Positions 13,414 to 23,466 of a stretch of DNA of 64,000 bases are shown piece by piece. The notes below the pieces were generated by a model, which saw only the letters and a program-made list of their open reading frames with translations, had not been told where the DNA came from and ran no database searches. This DNA comes from Patellaria atrata CBS 101060 (lineage: Eukaryota): NCBI GenBank assembly GCA_010093705.1, contig MU006110.1, positions 62,001 through 126,000 of the forward strand. Direction: 5' to 3'. The translations under genes were made by a program, and so were the position numbers. The first letter of the stretch is position 1; each line of letters starts with the position of its first letter.

Positions 13414-16400
13414 AGAGCAACAGCAACAGCAACAGCAACGGCCAAGTGATACGTATCAAGCACCTCTGATACATCAACAGAGGGATTCAATACCGCACAC
13501 AACGCAGCCATTGCAAAGACCCCAAAGTAAGTCAATAATTCCATCTGAAAACACTTGGATATAGCTTATCTCCCTTGTTTTGCACTCCTCGATGAGGATT
13601 GTTCCAGTAACTGACGCCTTGTTTTTAGTTACAGCAGAACCCGAAAGTAAAATCCAGCTATCATCCATTCAGTCTCAATCGCGCAATGCATTGCTTCTCA
13701 GCGGTGGCTTATATGCTGAGGATCATGTTAGCCCAACTCAGATTCTAGAAGAAGCTGCGGTTGAAATTGAGGATGATGATTACTATGATGTCGAGGATGA
13801 AGAGATGACGGAAGCTCCGATCCTTTCGAAGGCGGAAACCCAGCGGGAACTCAGTGCAATCCTGGACATGCAACGGCGCCATTCTACCGAACTCAATATA
13901 AGACGGTACGATGCTTTCATTTACGAAGGAATCTTGGATCAATACCGTGCAGAATGGGTAGCTAGCCCTCTGCGGAACCCCAAAACGGCTCGTGTGTTTG
14001 CGCATTTCATCACTTCTACGGGGCCGGGTTTATCAATATTTGAGAGAAACGCTCGTAACACCTCTGCTATGTTCAGCGATCTTCCCGTTCCTAGTTCTCA
14101 GCAAAGTTTATGGACATATACTTTACCTATGAAGGCATTGCACCATCAAGGCCTCCTTCACGCAATGCTCGCCCTGGCCAGTCTACACATAGCTAAACTT
14201 CAAGGCGCTTCCATCACACCGTCCTACAAACACTACGCATATGCACTTAAGAGGGTCCATCATTGCGTCGGTCACCCTAAGAAACGACATCTTGTAACCA
14301 CCATGGCGGCGTCGCTCCTCCTCGGTTATTATGAGGTCATCACTGCCGATCACTTGAAATGGACCAGCCATTTAATCGGTGCCAGGCAACTTGTTGTTGA
14401 AACGGATTATATGGGCATGACCAAGAAATATCGCAAGGTCAAGTCTGAACAGGCAGCATGGGCGCAGGATCAGGCCTTGGGCAACACCGAATCAATCATC
14501 AATCAACCCGACCCTTTGGATAATGATCTAATGATGGTTAATGAGAAAGTGGTAAGCACACTACTAGGTCGGAAGGTGAAGTATGATGAGTACGGTCGCA
14601 TCATTGTGGATGAACCTGCACCCCGACCCTCAAAATTCGGTCCCAAGGCATTCGATGCTGCCGAGTATGAGCTTTACCAAGATCTCTATTGGTGGTATTG
14701 TAGGCAAGACGCGTATCAGGCCCTTATTAGCGGGAACCGACTCCTGTGAGTTTGCAGCATCGAGCTGGTATATGACGCGGGACTAACTTTTAGCAGCATG
14801 GACTTCAGTCGCTGGGGTGACTGTCCTCCGAGAGGACGCCTAGGTCGGGTCGACGCCATATACGCGACCCACGACCACATTATGATACTACTAGGACGAA
14901 TTGCGGATTTTACGGCGAGAGATCGCCCAAGAAAAATCAAGGGCATGGAAAGTGCCGGTGGACAATGGAGACCAAACCCAGCGTTCGGTTTCCCCCCTCC
15001 AGGAGCGCAGCAACCACCGGGATCAAACATCGCCTCACCCACAGCCCAAACTTCCGGAGCAGGAGGCCCACCCCCGGGCTGGACGGGCGGTCCTCCTCCT
15101 GGTTGGTCTGGTGGTCCTCCTCCTGGTTGGTCTGGCGGTCCTCCTCCTGGCTGGACTGGTGGGTCACCTGGAATGAGCGGTGGAGCTCCTGCATCGAAAG
15201 AAGGGCTCCTGCCCGGAATGGGCGGTGTCTCTCCTCTCGCAATGAACGGACGACAGCCTCCGCCTGGAATGAGTGGAGGACCGCCTCCTGGTTGGTCGGG
15301 ACCACCACCACCCGGTTGGAATGGCTCATCTCCCCCAACAATAATATCACCCAACACCCCGAGCTCTACGGGCGGTCCACCCCCAGGTTGGACGGGACCT
15401 CCTCCTCCTGGGTGGACCGGTGGAAACCCCGGAGGACCTCCTCAACGGCCATCGGTGCATGACGGTAGTGCACAATCCCATAGTTTATCGATGACTCAGG
15501 GCCAGGCACATCCAATGAAAATGCCGATGAAACCGCCAGGAGGAGGCATGCCACAAATACCTTTCTACGGGATGGCGCCTGCTCCCAAGGCAACGCAGAT
15601 GCCATCATCTTATGCACGGAATAAGCAAAGGTATAAGTCAGAAAGCCCAGCTGGAGACGATATCAATCTGGAAGTCGCAACAAAAGAGGCTTTGCAAGAA
15701 TGGGGTCAGATACGGGCAGCACTCCATGTGTTCAAATCCCACCTAGGCCCCGGTTTTGAGCCACTACCTCCTGAGATTCACCAACCGGTAGAGACACCTT
15801 ACGGTGAAGCCATACATTTTCGCGGTTATGACTATGCTATCATTCAGATGCTCTATGAGATGGCGCATATCGTACTGATCCGTGCACATCCTTCGATGCC
15901 ACCGGCAACAATGATGGCAGCCGGCGTTGCTGCGCAGCAAACGGCCCCTTTTGCAATGAGAATCGGGTGTATGGCGGCCGGTATGACTATCCCTCCACCC
16001 AACCAGCCTCTCAATCCTTCTGTCGGAGCGGCTCTACTAGAAGCAACGATGCCTCTTTTCTGGGCAGGCGTTCAGTACCAAAGCCGTGAACAACGGTCTT
16101 GGTTAGTGACGCGTTTGAACGAAATAGAGGCACGGACCGGATTTACAACTGCGGGATTGATCTCCTATGGTTGTGAAACTGCTTGGGAAAGAGCTGGAAT
16201 GGCTGGTTTTGGCGAACCATACGTGAGGTTCCGAAATGAAAGTGCGCTCGACGATAGAGTAGCTGGTAGAAGCATGAGAGAGGAATCAGCGCCACCGGTT
16301 AAAGAGCTAAGTGATAGGAGGATGATTCACCAGATCCCTGGAACGCGTGTCCACTGGGCTCTGGGGCTGCTTGGAGAGGTAAGAGATCAGTCATATTGTC

Positions 16401-16476
16401 AACCATGTGTACTCCTACTAACAGTTTGTTTCAGGATGAGGATGTCAAAAAGGAGCCGTTGCCACCTTCGGAGTAA
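12425..16476 (+). CDS. Zn(II)2Cys6 transcription factor with Fungal_trans_2 (DUF3468-type) domain, 4 exons
   Basis: Binuclear cluster [36 protein letters not shown], polyQ tracts, LLHAMLALASLHIA and ASLLLGYYEV. Introns at 13527-13628, 14746-14797 and 16379-16435; stop at 16474-16476. Confidence 0.9.
12758..12816 (+). repeat. (CAA)n microsatellite encoding polyQ
   Basis: CAA run inside exon 1 of the TF gene. A second CAG/CAA polyQ run lies at 13382-13438. Confidence 0.95.
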
Positions 16477-17270
16477 CCATATGAAGTCCGCCGCCCGGCC
16501 TGCGTTATGTACCCGTACCCTAACCGATATACGGCGATCACCTTCCGTTTTGATATGCGTAACACCCCTTTCTCGACCGATAAGGTGGTGTATCGACAAT
16601 AGTGTAGTACAGTCACTGACTTAAGACCCTCGCCGCCAGTCCGCGCATTAACATCTTACTATCACGTCACCTCATAAAGGGTTCAGAAGGCTGTTTTCAA
16701 GGAGGTACTATACTTGAACCATCTAAGGTGCTTAATGTAGCTCTCAACCTGACACACGAGCCGATTGTTGAGAGGGTAATGGACATGAAAGGATTATGGC
16801 GTGTTACGCAGACCGCTGGCCGTGAATTCCCCAGTAGAGTCGGACCGCCTACTACACGTGTACAAGTGTCCCAGCTATATAGCAAGCATGGGCCGATATG
16901 ACACTACGTTCTTTTTTCTCTTCCACGATTAATGTTAGTCTGGCGTTAAAGCGGTATCTGAAAAGTCATGACGATTACGTTCACGAACTAATAGAAAGAT
17001 AGAAGCGATGCAGCGATTTTGAATGCATTTTTGGATTAGTATGGATTTTACACTCGCCCATTTCACCTCACTCTTATACCCATGGATGTATATGTACTTT
17101 TAGCTTTTCTCATGAGGAACATGGGAATGGAATGGGAGTTGATGTTTACTCAATGAATACTGTTTCTGACGAAGTCCTTAGCAATACCATGGGATATCGC
17201 CAACGTACTTCTAATCCAGACATCGTCTATACCGTAGCGAAGCCGTGTTATATAGTAGTTAAGGTACTCC

Positions 17271-17314
17271 TGAACGCGCGTTGTACATGCGCGTTCACGT
17301 GATTTCACGTGAAA
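17271..17314. promoter_or_regulatory. Candidate RAD4 promoter element: inverted ACGCG repeats plus two TCACGTGA E-boxes
   Basis: TGAACGCGC (17271-17279) and GCGCGTTCA (17289-17297) form a perfect inverted repeat. TCACGTGA occurs at 17295 and 17305, about 200 bp upstream of the ATG. Confidence 0.45.
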
Positions 17315-17504
17315 CAGAGGTCATGAGGTCATAGCTGATTGGCTCAATTGCCACAAATTTCAAAAAGCAACTTGTGGTACAACAAGGCCAAAACGCCAAA
17401 GTAATTCCAAGTACTATCTTTCTACGAGAGAATCCCAACTCGAAGGAAATAAGAGCACGCCTGATGGATTTCGAGTTCCCAATAATCCCACGCTAAACCT
17501 CACC

Positions 17505-20500
17505 ATGCCGCCCTTCGTCCCCCGCAAACGTCGCTCAGCATCACCGTCTGCTCCTCCTCCGCCCGCAAAATGCGTTGCTACAACATTTAAACGCGCGAAA
17601 CCGTCACTTTTCGATACTCTCGACCAGACTTCCCGGAAAAAGACGAAATCCGCGGAGGACGTACAGGCATTCCTCAATACTCTTGACGACAGTGATGAGG
17701 GACTTAGCGACGCAAAGAGCGACGAGTTTGAGGATGTGATATCCTACACGCATAAATGCAAGAGCGGTCGGGATGGCGGTGAGGAAGATGAAGATGACGA
17801 AATGGAGGATTGGGAAGACGCCATCCCCTCCTCCGCCGCCACCTTGACCACATCTCTCCTCCACGAACCGAACCCCCAGATATCGGGCGACTTACAGATC
17901 ACATTCAATGCGCGAGGAGGTGTAGATGCTGAGTCGTCTACGCAGACTATGATGGGCAAAAAAGGGCCGAGCAAGAAGGAGCGGCAGGCTAGGTTCATGA
18001 CGCATTGCATGCATGTGCAGTTCTTGCTTTTCCATAACTTAGTACGGAATGCTTGGATCTCCGATAAAGAGGTACAAAAGATTCTTGTCGACGCGGTCAA
18101 TGATGGCGTTCGTACTGAGGTGAAGAGATGGAAGAAAGCGTGTGGAACCACGAAGGAGCAGGAGGGCCACGATGAACAGGCGACCCAAAAGCTGAAAGGG
18201 AAGGGAAAACAGAAGAAATCTGAGAAGGGACAAAAGGGGCACAGGAACCAAAGAGATTGGGGCAACGATGCTGAGATGCTGGAAGATGGTGTCCCGAACT
18301 TAAGTCATGGCGATCCAACGCTTAGACTGTTGAAGTATTTAGCGTCTTACTGGAAGAAAAGGTTCAAAGTGACCGCGCCTGGACTCAGGAAGCAGGGCTA
18401 CAAGCCCTTAAGAGTGTTAAGAGATGAGGTCCAAGCATTCAGAAAAGATCCAACCGATCCGAATAGATTCGGGGAGCGAGTTGAAAGTCTCAAAGAATTT
18501 AGAACGTGTGCAAAAGAGTGCAAGGGGTCTAGAGATATTGGTGCACAATTATTCACTTCACTACTGAGAGCATTAGGACTGGAGGCAAGGATGGTAACAA
18601 GTCTGCAGCCTGCTGGTTTTGGGTTCAGTAAAGTAGAGGAGGCGGAAAAGTCCAAAACGGTTACGGCAAACGGCGATGGAAAAGATAATCCAATAACGGT
18701 AGACGATGACAGTAGTCTTCTCTCCAGTGCTGATTCCTACATTGATAATGATTCGATTACGGAGGTTACCCCTCATGTATCACCAACTGCAAAACAGTCT
18801 TCAAAAGGATATGATAGAGATATGCCATTTCCAATATACTGGACAGAAGTTCTTTCGCCAATCTCAAACATGTATATCCCGGTGGATGCGACAGTGTTAT
18901 CTACCGTGGCGAACACACAAGAACTCGTGGCATCGTTCGAGCCCCGTGGTAAGCAAGCTGATAAGTCCAAGCAAGTGATTGCTTACGTTGTAGCATACAA
19001 CAATGACGGATGTGCCAAAGATGTGACTGTCCGCTACCTCAAACGGCGCACAATTCCCGGAAAGACGAAGGGCTTCCGATTTCCCGTTCAGAAAGTACCA
19101 ATTTACAACAGGAAAGGCAAAGTGGCGAGATACGAGCAGTTCGATTGGTTCAAGACAGTCATAAGGTGCTATGCTCGGGACCCGACGTCAAGAACTTTGG
19201 CCGACGAACTTGAAGACCAAGGTGACCTCGTCCCAGCCCAACCGGACAAGAAGCCGAAAGAGGGTGGGACCGAAACTTTGCAAGCATATAAGAACTCTGC
19301 GGAATATGTTCTCGAGCGTCACCTGAGGCGTGAAGAAGCCATTCTCCCGGGTTCCAAATCTGTCAAAACCTTCACCTCTGGCAAGGGCGATAAAGCAAAG
19401 ACAGAACCTGTCTTCCGCCGCAAAGATGTCGTTACCTGCAAAACTGTCGAATCTTGGCACAAGGAAGGTCGCGCTATCATAGCCGGTGCTCAACCTGTTA
19501 AATTCGTCCCAATGCGTGCTGTGACACTAATGCGAAAGCGAGAAATCGAAGCCGCAGAGAGGGAAAGCGGGGAGAAAATGAAGCAGGGGCTCTATCATGA
19601 AAGGCAAACTGAGTGGATTATTCCGGACCCTATCGTTGACGGCAAGATACCAAGAAATGCCTTTGGCAACATCGATGTCTACGTCCCGACAATGGTGCCG
19701 AGAGGATCAGTGCATATCCCACTTCGAGGAACGGGCAAAGTGTGTAAGAAGTTGGGTATCGATTATGCAGAAGCATGTACCGGCTTCGAGTTTGGGCATC
19801 GCATGGCTGTCCCTGTGCTCACTGGAGTCGTTGTTGCTGTGGAACACGAGGATGCGGTTATTGACGCGTGGGAAGCAGATCAGAGGGAGCAAATTAGAAA
19901 AGAAAATGCGAAGAGAGAAAAGTTGGTGTTAGGGTTATGGAAAAAATTCTACACTGGTCTAAGGATTGTGGAAAGGGTCAAGAAAGAATACGTTTCGGAA
20001 CACGGCCAGGCAAATATACCTGATGAGATCAATCCGTTTGTCAATCGGAAGAGGCTTCAGGAGGCTAACGCAAAGGCACATGGTGATCCTACTTTAAATC
20101 GAAAGAAGAAAGGGGAGCATGCACAGAAAGCCCAAGAGGATCTTGGTGGAGGTGGCTTCTTTCATGATGAGGAAGAGGAAGAAAATGCCGCCGGTGGATC
20201 TCCCAGGGATGGTGAACAAGATGACCACATTGGTGGAGGTGGGTTTCTTATCGAAGGCGATGAAAACACTGTTCCTACCTCGAAGTCCAAGGGGACCCGT
20301 CCACAAGTTCCTCTTTCGTTGCAGGCTCTCCACGCGCGATTTGAGGAGGAATTCGGCGGAAGTGACGATGATGCAGCAGGCGAGCCTGATGACATCGATG
20401 CTACCCTTCAACAAGCTCCTCCATGGTTAGAGGCTCTCCCAACGCAATCTGAGAATGCATGCTGCGGACATAACGATGATGCAGTGGTCGAGGTTGATGA

Positions 20501-20891
20501 CTGCGAGCCTCCGCTTCCAGCTAAACAAGCCCTAGCTCAAAGTGGTCGAGGCCGAGGAAGGCCAGCAAAGAATAACCCAGACCCCTCGAAAATCGGTAGA
20601 CGCAAGGCAAAAGGTAAAGCGGCTAAGCAATCTCCAAATCCCATAGACGAGGATGACAGCTCTCTCTCAGAGCTCTCAGATGTCGATACACCGTCTGGCT
20701 TTGCTCTAGGCCAGGATGAGACCGTAGAACCCGTTAAGCCCGATCGGGACGTAACGATACGGAGATCTGCGAGGAAAAGCGAGACGGCGTTGCGGAGCCA
20801 TTACTTTGGAGCTCGTGATGAGGAGACGGGCGGGAGTGTTAAGGGTACGGGAAAGGGGAAGGGAAAGAAGAAATGGAAGAAGAAAGCATAG
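17505..20891 (+). CDS. RAD4: Rad4/XPC-family nucleotide excision repair protein (single exon)
   Basis: HCMHVQFLLFHNLVRN, transglutaminase-like GSRDIGAQLFTSLLRALG, YWTEVLSP, AKDVTVRY, and BHD motifs YVLERHLRREE and IPRNAFGNIDVY...GFEF. Confidence 0.92.
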   Translation: MPPFVPRKRRSASPSAPPPPAKCVATTFKRAKPSLFDTLDQTSRKKTKSAEDVQAFLNTLDDSDEGLSDAKSDEFEDVISYTHKCKSGRDGGEEDEDDEMEDWEDAIPSSAATLTTSLLHEPNPQISGDLQITFNARGGVDAESSTQTMMGKKGPSKKERQARFMTHCMHVQFLLFHNLVRNAWISDKEVQKILVDAVNDGVRTEVKRWKKACGTTKEQEGHDEQATQKLKGKGKQKKSEKGQKGHRNQRDWGNDAEMLEDGVPNLSHGDPTLRLLKYLASYWKKRFKVTAPGLRKQGYKPLRVLRDEVQAFRKDPTDPNRFGERVESLKEFRTCAKECKGSRDIGAQLFTSLLRALGLEARMVTSLQPAGFGFSKVEEAEKSKTVTANGDGKDNPITVDDDSSLLSSADSYIDNDSITEVTPHVSPTAKQSSKGYDRDMPFPIYWTEVLSPISNMYIPVDATVLSTVANTQELVASFEPRGKQADKSKQVIAYVVAYNNDGCAKDVTVRYLKRRTIPGKTKGFRFPVQKVPIYNRKGKVARYEQFDWFKTVIRCYARDPTSRTLADELEDQGDLVPAQPDKKPKEGGTETLQAYKNSAEYVLERHLRREEAILPGSKSVKTFTSGKGDKAKTEPVFRRKDVVTCKTVESWHKEGRAIIAGAQPVKFVPMRAVTLMRKREIEAAERESGEKMKQGLYHERQTEWIIPDPIVDGKIPRNAFGNIDVYVPTMVPRGSVHIPLRGTGKVCKKLGIDYAEACTGFEFGHRMAVPVLTGVVVAVEHEDAVIDAWEADQREQIRKENAKREKLVLGLWKKFYTGLRIVERVKKEYVSEHGQANIPDEINPFVNRKRLQEANAKAHGDPTLNRKKKGEHAQKAQEDLGGGGFFHDEEEEENAAGGSPRDGEQDDHIGGGGFLIEGDENTVPTSKSKGTRPQVPLSLQALHARFEEEFGGSDDDAAGEPDDIDATLQQAPPWLEALPTQSENACCGHNDDAVVEVDDCEPPLPAKQALAQSGRGRGRPAKNNPDPSKIGRRKAKGKAAKQSPNPIDEDDSSLSELSDVDTPSGFALGQDETVEPVKPDRDVTIRRSARKSETALRSHYFGARDEETGGSVKGTGKGKGKKKWKKKA

Positions 20892-21901
20892 GGACTGAAT
20901 ATATGATTAGATACTATTATTCTAGTTGGCTAATTAGATATGAATCCTTGATACCGTGCCCCCTTGATACCCTTTTCTTGTTCTCGGAAGCCCTGGCGTA
21001 CTGTACGGTTGCCCCTTGTGGGGTCCTCAGGTGCCGCTGTACGGAGAGAGTCAGACTGTACAAACACTTATAAGCGTACTAAGGCCAAACCCTACACCTT
21101 CAGACCGCCGTGAGATTATTCCTCATGAGGGCTCTAACTGCACCGTACCTGGCAGTCCAGAGTGTACCGGAACCGTGAGCTGTACAGACGCGTAAACTGC
21201 ACATGTCCAAGCTACTGTGCCGTCACACTTGTTAATTCTTGCCGACTCCGTTGTATATGATGAACTAAGGTCTTAAAAATGACAGTACGCCGTACAGTAC
21301 AATCTCCTGTTTCGTACATGTTATGAAAATGCGTTAAAGAGGATTCGGATTTTGACACCTTCGCTATGAATATACAGCCAACGTACATTACCGTACAAGC
21401 GGCCGAGAAGTGTGAAATACGCTTCGGCTCATGACATTTGATCAGTATCAGCTACTATACGCTGCACCGTGCCTATTTTGTACTGCGAATATTACCTTAG
21501 CCACGTGCCTCATTCTGGCAACGGTATAGTTGGTTGCTCGGCACTATCTGGTGAAGTTTTGTCTCGCTCAAGCCCCATCTGCATTCCATACTGATGCTAC
21601 GATTCACCTGGAGATCGTATTCCACTTCCTGCTCTTTTCCTGATTGAAAATTTTTGACTTTGTATGCATAATTTGTTTCACTTTCCATACGAATCCAGTA
21701 GTCTTATTCGTTATATTTCCTGGTAACAGGAGGTAAGTTCCATAGCTGAGGTAGTGTCTACGCGACCCTTACCGATAAGACGGAACCAGAAACTTCTTTA
21801 GGTGGTGGGAAGAGGGAAGGACCGTAGGTCTGTCGACTATGTACAACGGTGCGCACCCAAAACTACCTTCCGTATCCCGTTCAGCCACGTTTTAGAGTCT
21901 C

Positions 21902-22744
21902 CTAAGCTTGACTCGCAACCGGCTTCCACAGTCTCTCAGAGAGCTTTGAGATCGCCGCGTCGCTCCAATTCCTCCTCCCCGTGCTTATTGACGGCCTTGA
22001 CCGATTCCTATGCCTCTCACTCTGCGTATCAGATATATCTCCTTTCTCCGAGGCGCGGCCCCGCGGTTGCTTCGGCTTGACATCACCGGCTGCCCTCCGC
22101 TTGAGACTCTCTAAGCGGGGTGCGGCACCCTGCTTCAGATCCCCCAGCTTGACCGTCGCCTCGCGCTTGATTTTCTTAAGCGGAACCGCTACCTCCTTCA
22201 ACTTCTCCAGCGGGGACGGCTCAGGCGACAACGTGACACCTCGGGGTAGGGCTTCCCACCAGAACTCCGGCTCGTTATTTAGTCCTGAAGCCGGCGGGCG
22301 CGGGCTGTGCATGTGTCTGCATGGAGGTCTGTAGTTGCCGTTTGTCATGTTCATGGCCCGATGTTCCGACATCAGGTGCTCCGGCATCGTGTGCGTGCGA
22401 TTGATATGACGGTGGCTATGGTTGGCAGCGACAGGCCTGACTTCCACAGGATACGTTGACGCGCGTCTGCTAAAGTCTGGGATGCTCATCGGACTGTAGG
22501 ACGAGGATCGTTCGCCGCGCTCGCGTTTGCTGCTGCGGCCACGGCGGCGTGGAGGAGGGGACGGCGAGCGCGAGTCGATGGTGCTGAGGGAAGTCAACGA
22601 GTCCGAGGTGTGGTATTCTCTTCTCTTTCGGTAACGTGGACGGGAACGCCATCTTTGGTGATGATGCTCTCGTTGGGAGTTTGAGGCTTCCTCGATGTTG
22701 AAGTTGGGGAGTGTGAGGTTAAACTGTTCCTCAGCAGCCACCAT
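21902..22744 (-). CDS. Hypothetical Arg/Ser/Pro-rich disordered protein
   Basis: Long uninterrupted ORF with a probable start at MVAAEEQF. It has RSPSPPPRRRGRS low-complexity segments and no recognisable domain. Confidence 0.55.
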   Translation of the reverse strand: MVAAEEQFNLTLPNFNIEEASNSQREHHHQRWRSRPRYRKRREYHTSDSLTSLSTIDSRSPSPPPRRRGRSSKRERGERSSSYSPMSIPDFSRRASTYPVEVRPVAANHSHRHINRTHTMPEHLMSEHRAMNMTNGNYRPPCRHMHSPRPPASGLNNEPEFWWEALPRGVTLSPEPSPLEKLKEVAVPLKKIKREATVKLGDLKQGAAPRLESLKRRAAGDVKPKQPRGRASEKGDISDTQSERHRNRSRPSISTGRRNWSDAAISKLSERLWKPVASQA

Positions 22745-23466
22745 TACGGATGATAGTATGAGTGAGTAAATGTTGCCGTCGAAAGACCCCGAGTGGGAGT
22801 GATACAATTTGAGTGGGGTATAAGTTTTCGACTGAGAATCCAACTGTGAAACGAATAAAGATGGTGGGTAACAGGAGATGGTGGAGTGTAATGCCATTCG
22901 AATGTAGGAAACATATATAGTTTTGGAAATTCGGTGGGAGTGTCTCTTCACCTTAGTAGAGAACGTGGAAGGAATCAATCAAACAGTTAACTTTGGGAGA
23001 AAGATCAGTTGATATATTGTGCATCTACTTCCCGCTTTCCACCATTTGGAACCGCTGCCACCACGAACCAGTACCATTTTTGGAATGCACACCCACGTAG
23101 ACACCGCAAACCGCTCAGCACGATGCTCTTATTCAGTCACAAATTTCCAGAAAAGATGGGGTATAAGGTATGAGGAAAAGACCGTCCCGCATGAGCCCGT
23201 ATATCCACGCCAAATATATCTTACAGCGGCGCTTAGAGAAAAATAGTCCGCCAATGCATGTCAAGAGATCTCCCATCAGAATTGAGCAAAAGAGGATAAA
23301 ACGTAAAGAAGGAAAGAACGAGATTAGGTGAACATGGAGTCACTCCCTGCAAGGCGAGTAGTATCTCTCCCTTTACAACACGGTGGGAACGACCACGAGA
23401 GAAGGTCATGATTCAGTCCACATCGTTCTTTCTTCCTCCTTAACCGGGAAGGCTATACCTTACGGT

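Noticed and set aside
15062..15160. Regularly spaced direct repeats resembling a CRISPR array
   Set aside because: They are contiguous coding repeats without unique spacers, in a eukaryotic gene.
12305..15617. Antisense and alternative-frame ORFs with poly-L/A/N or GGPPDQP repeats
   Set aside because: They are shadows of the polyQ and PPPGW repeats in the Zn2Cys6 gene.
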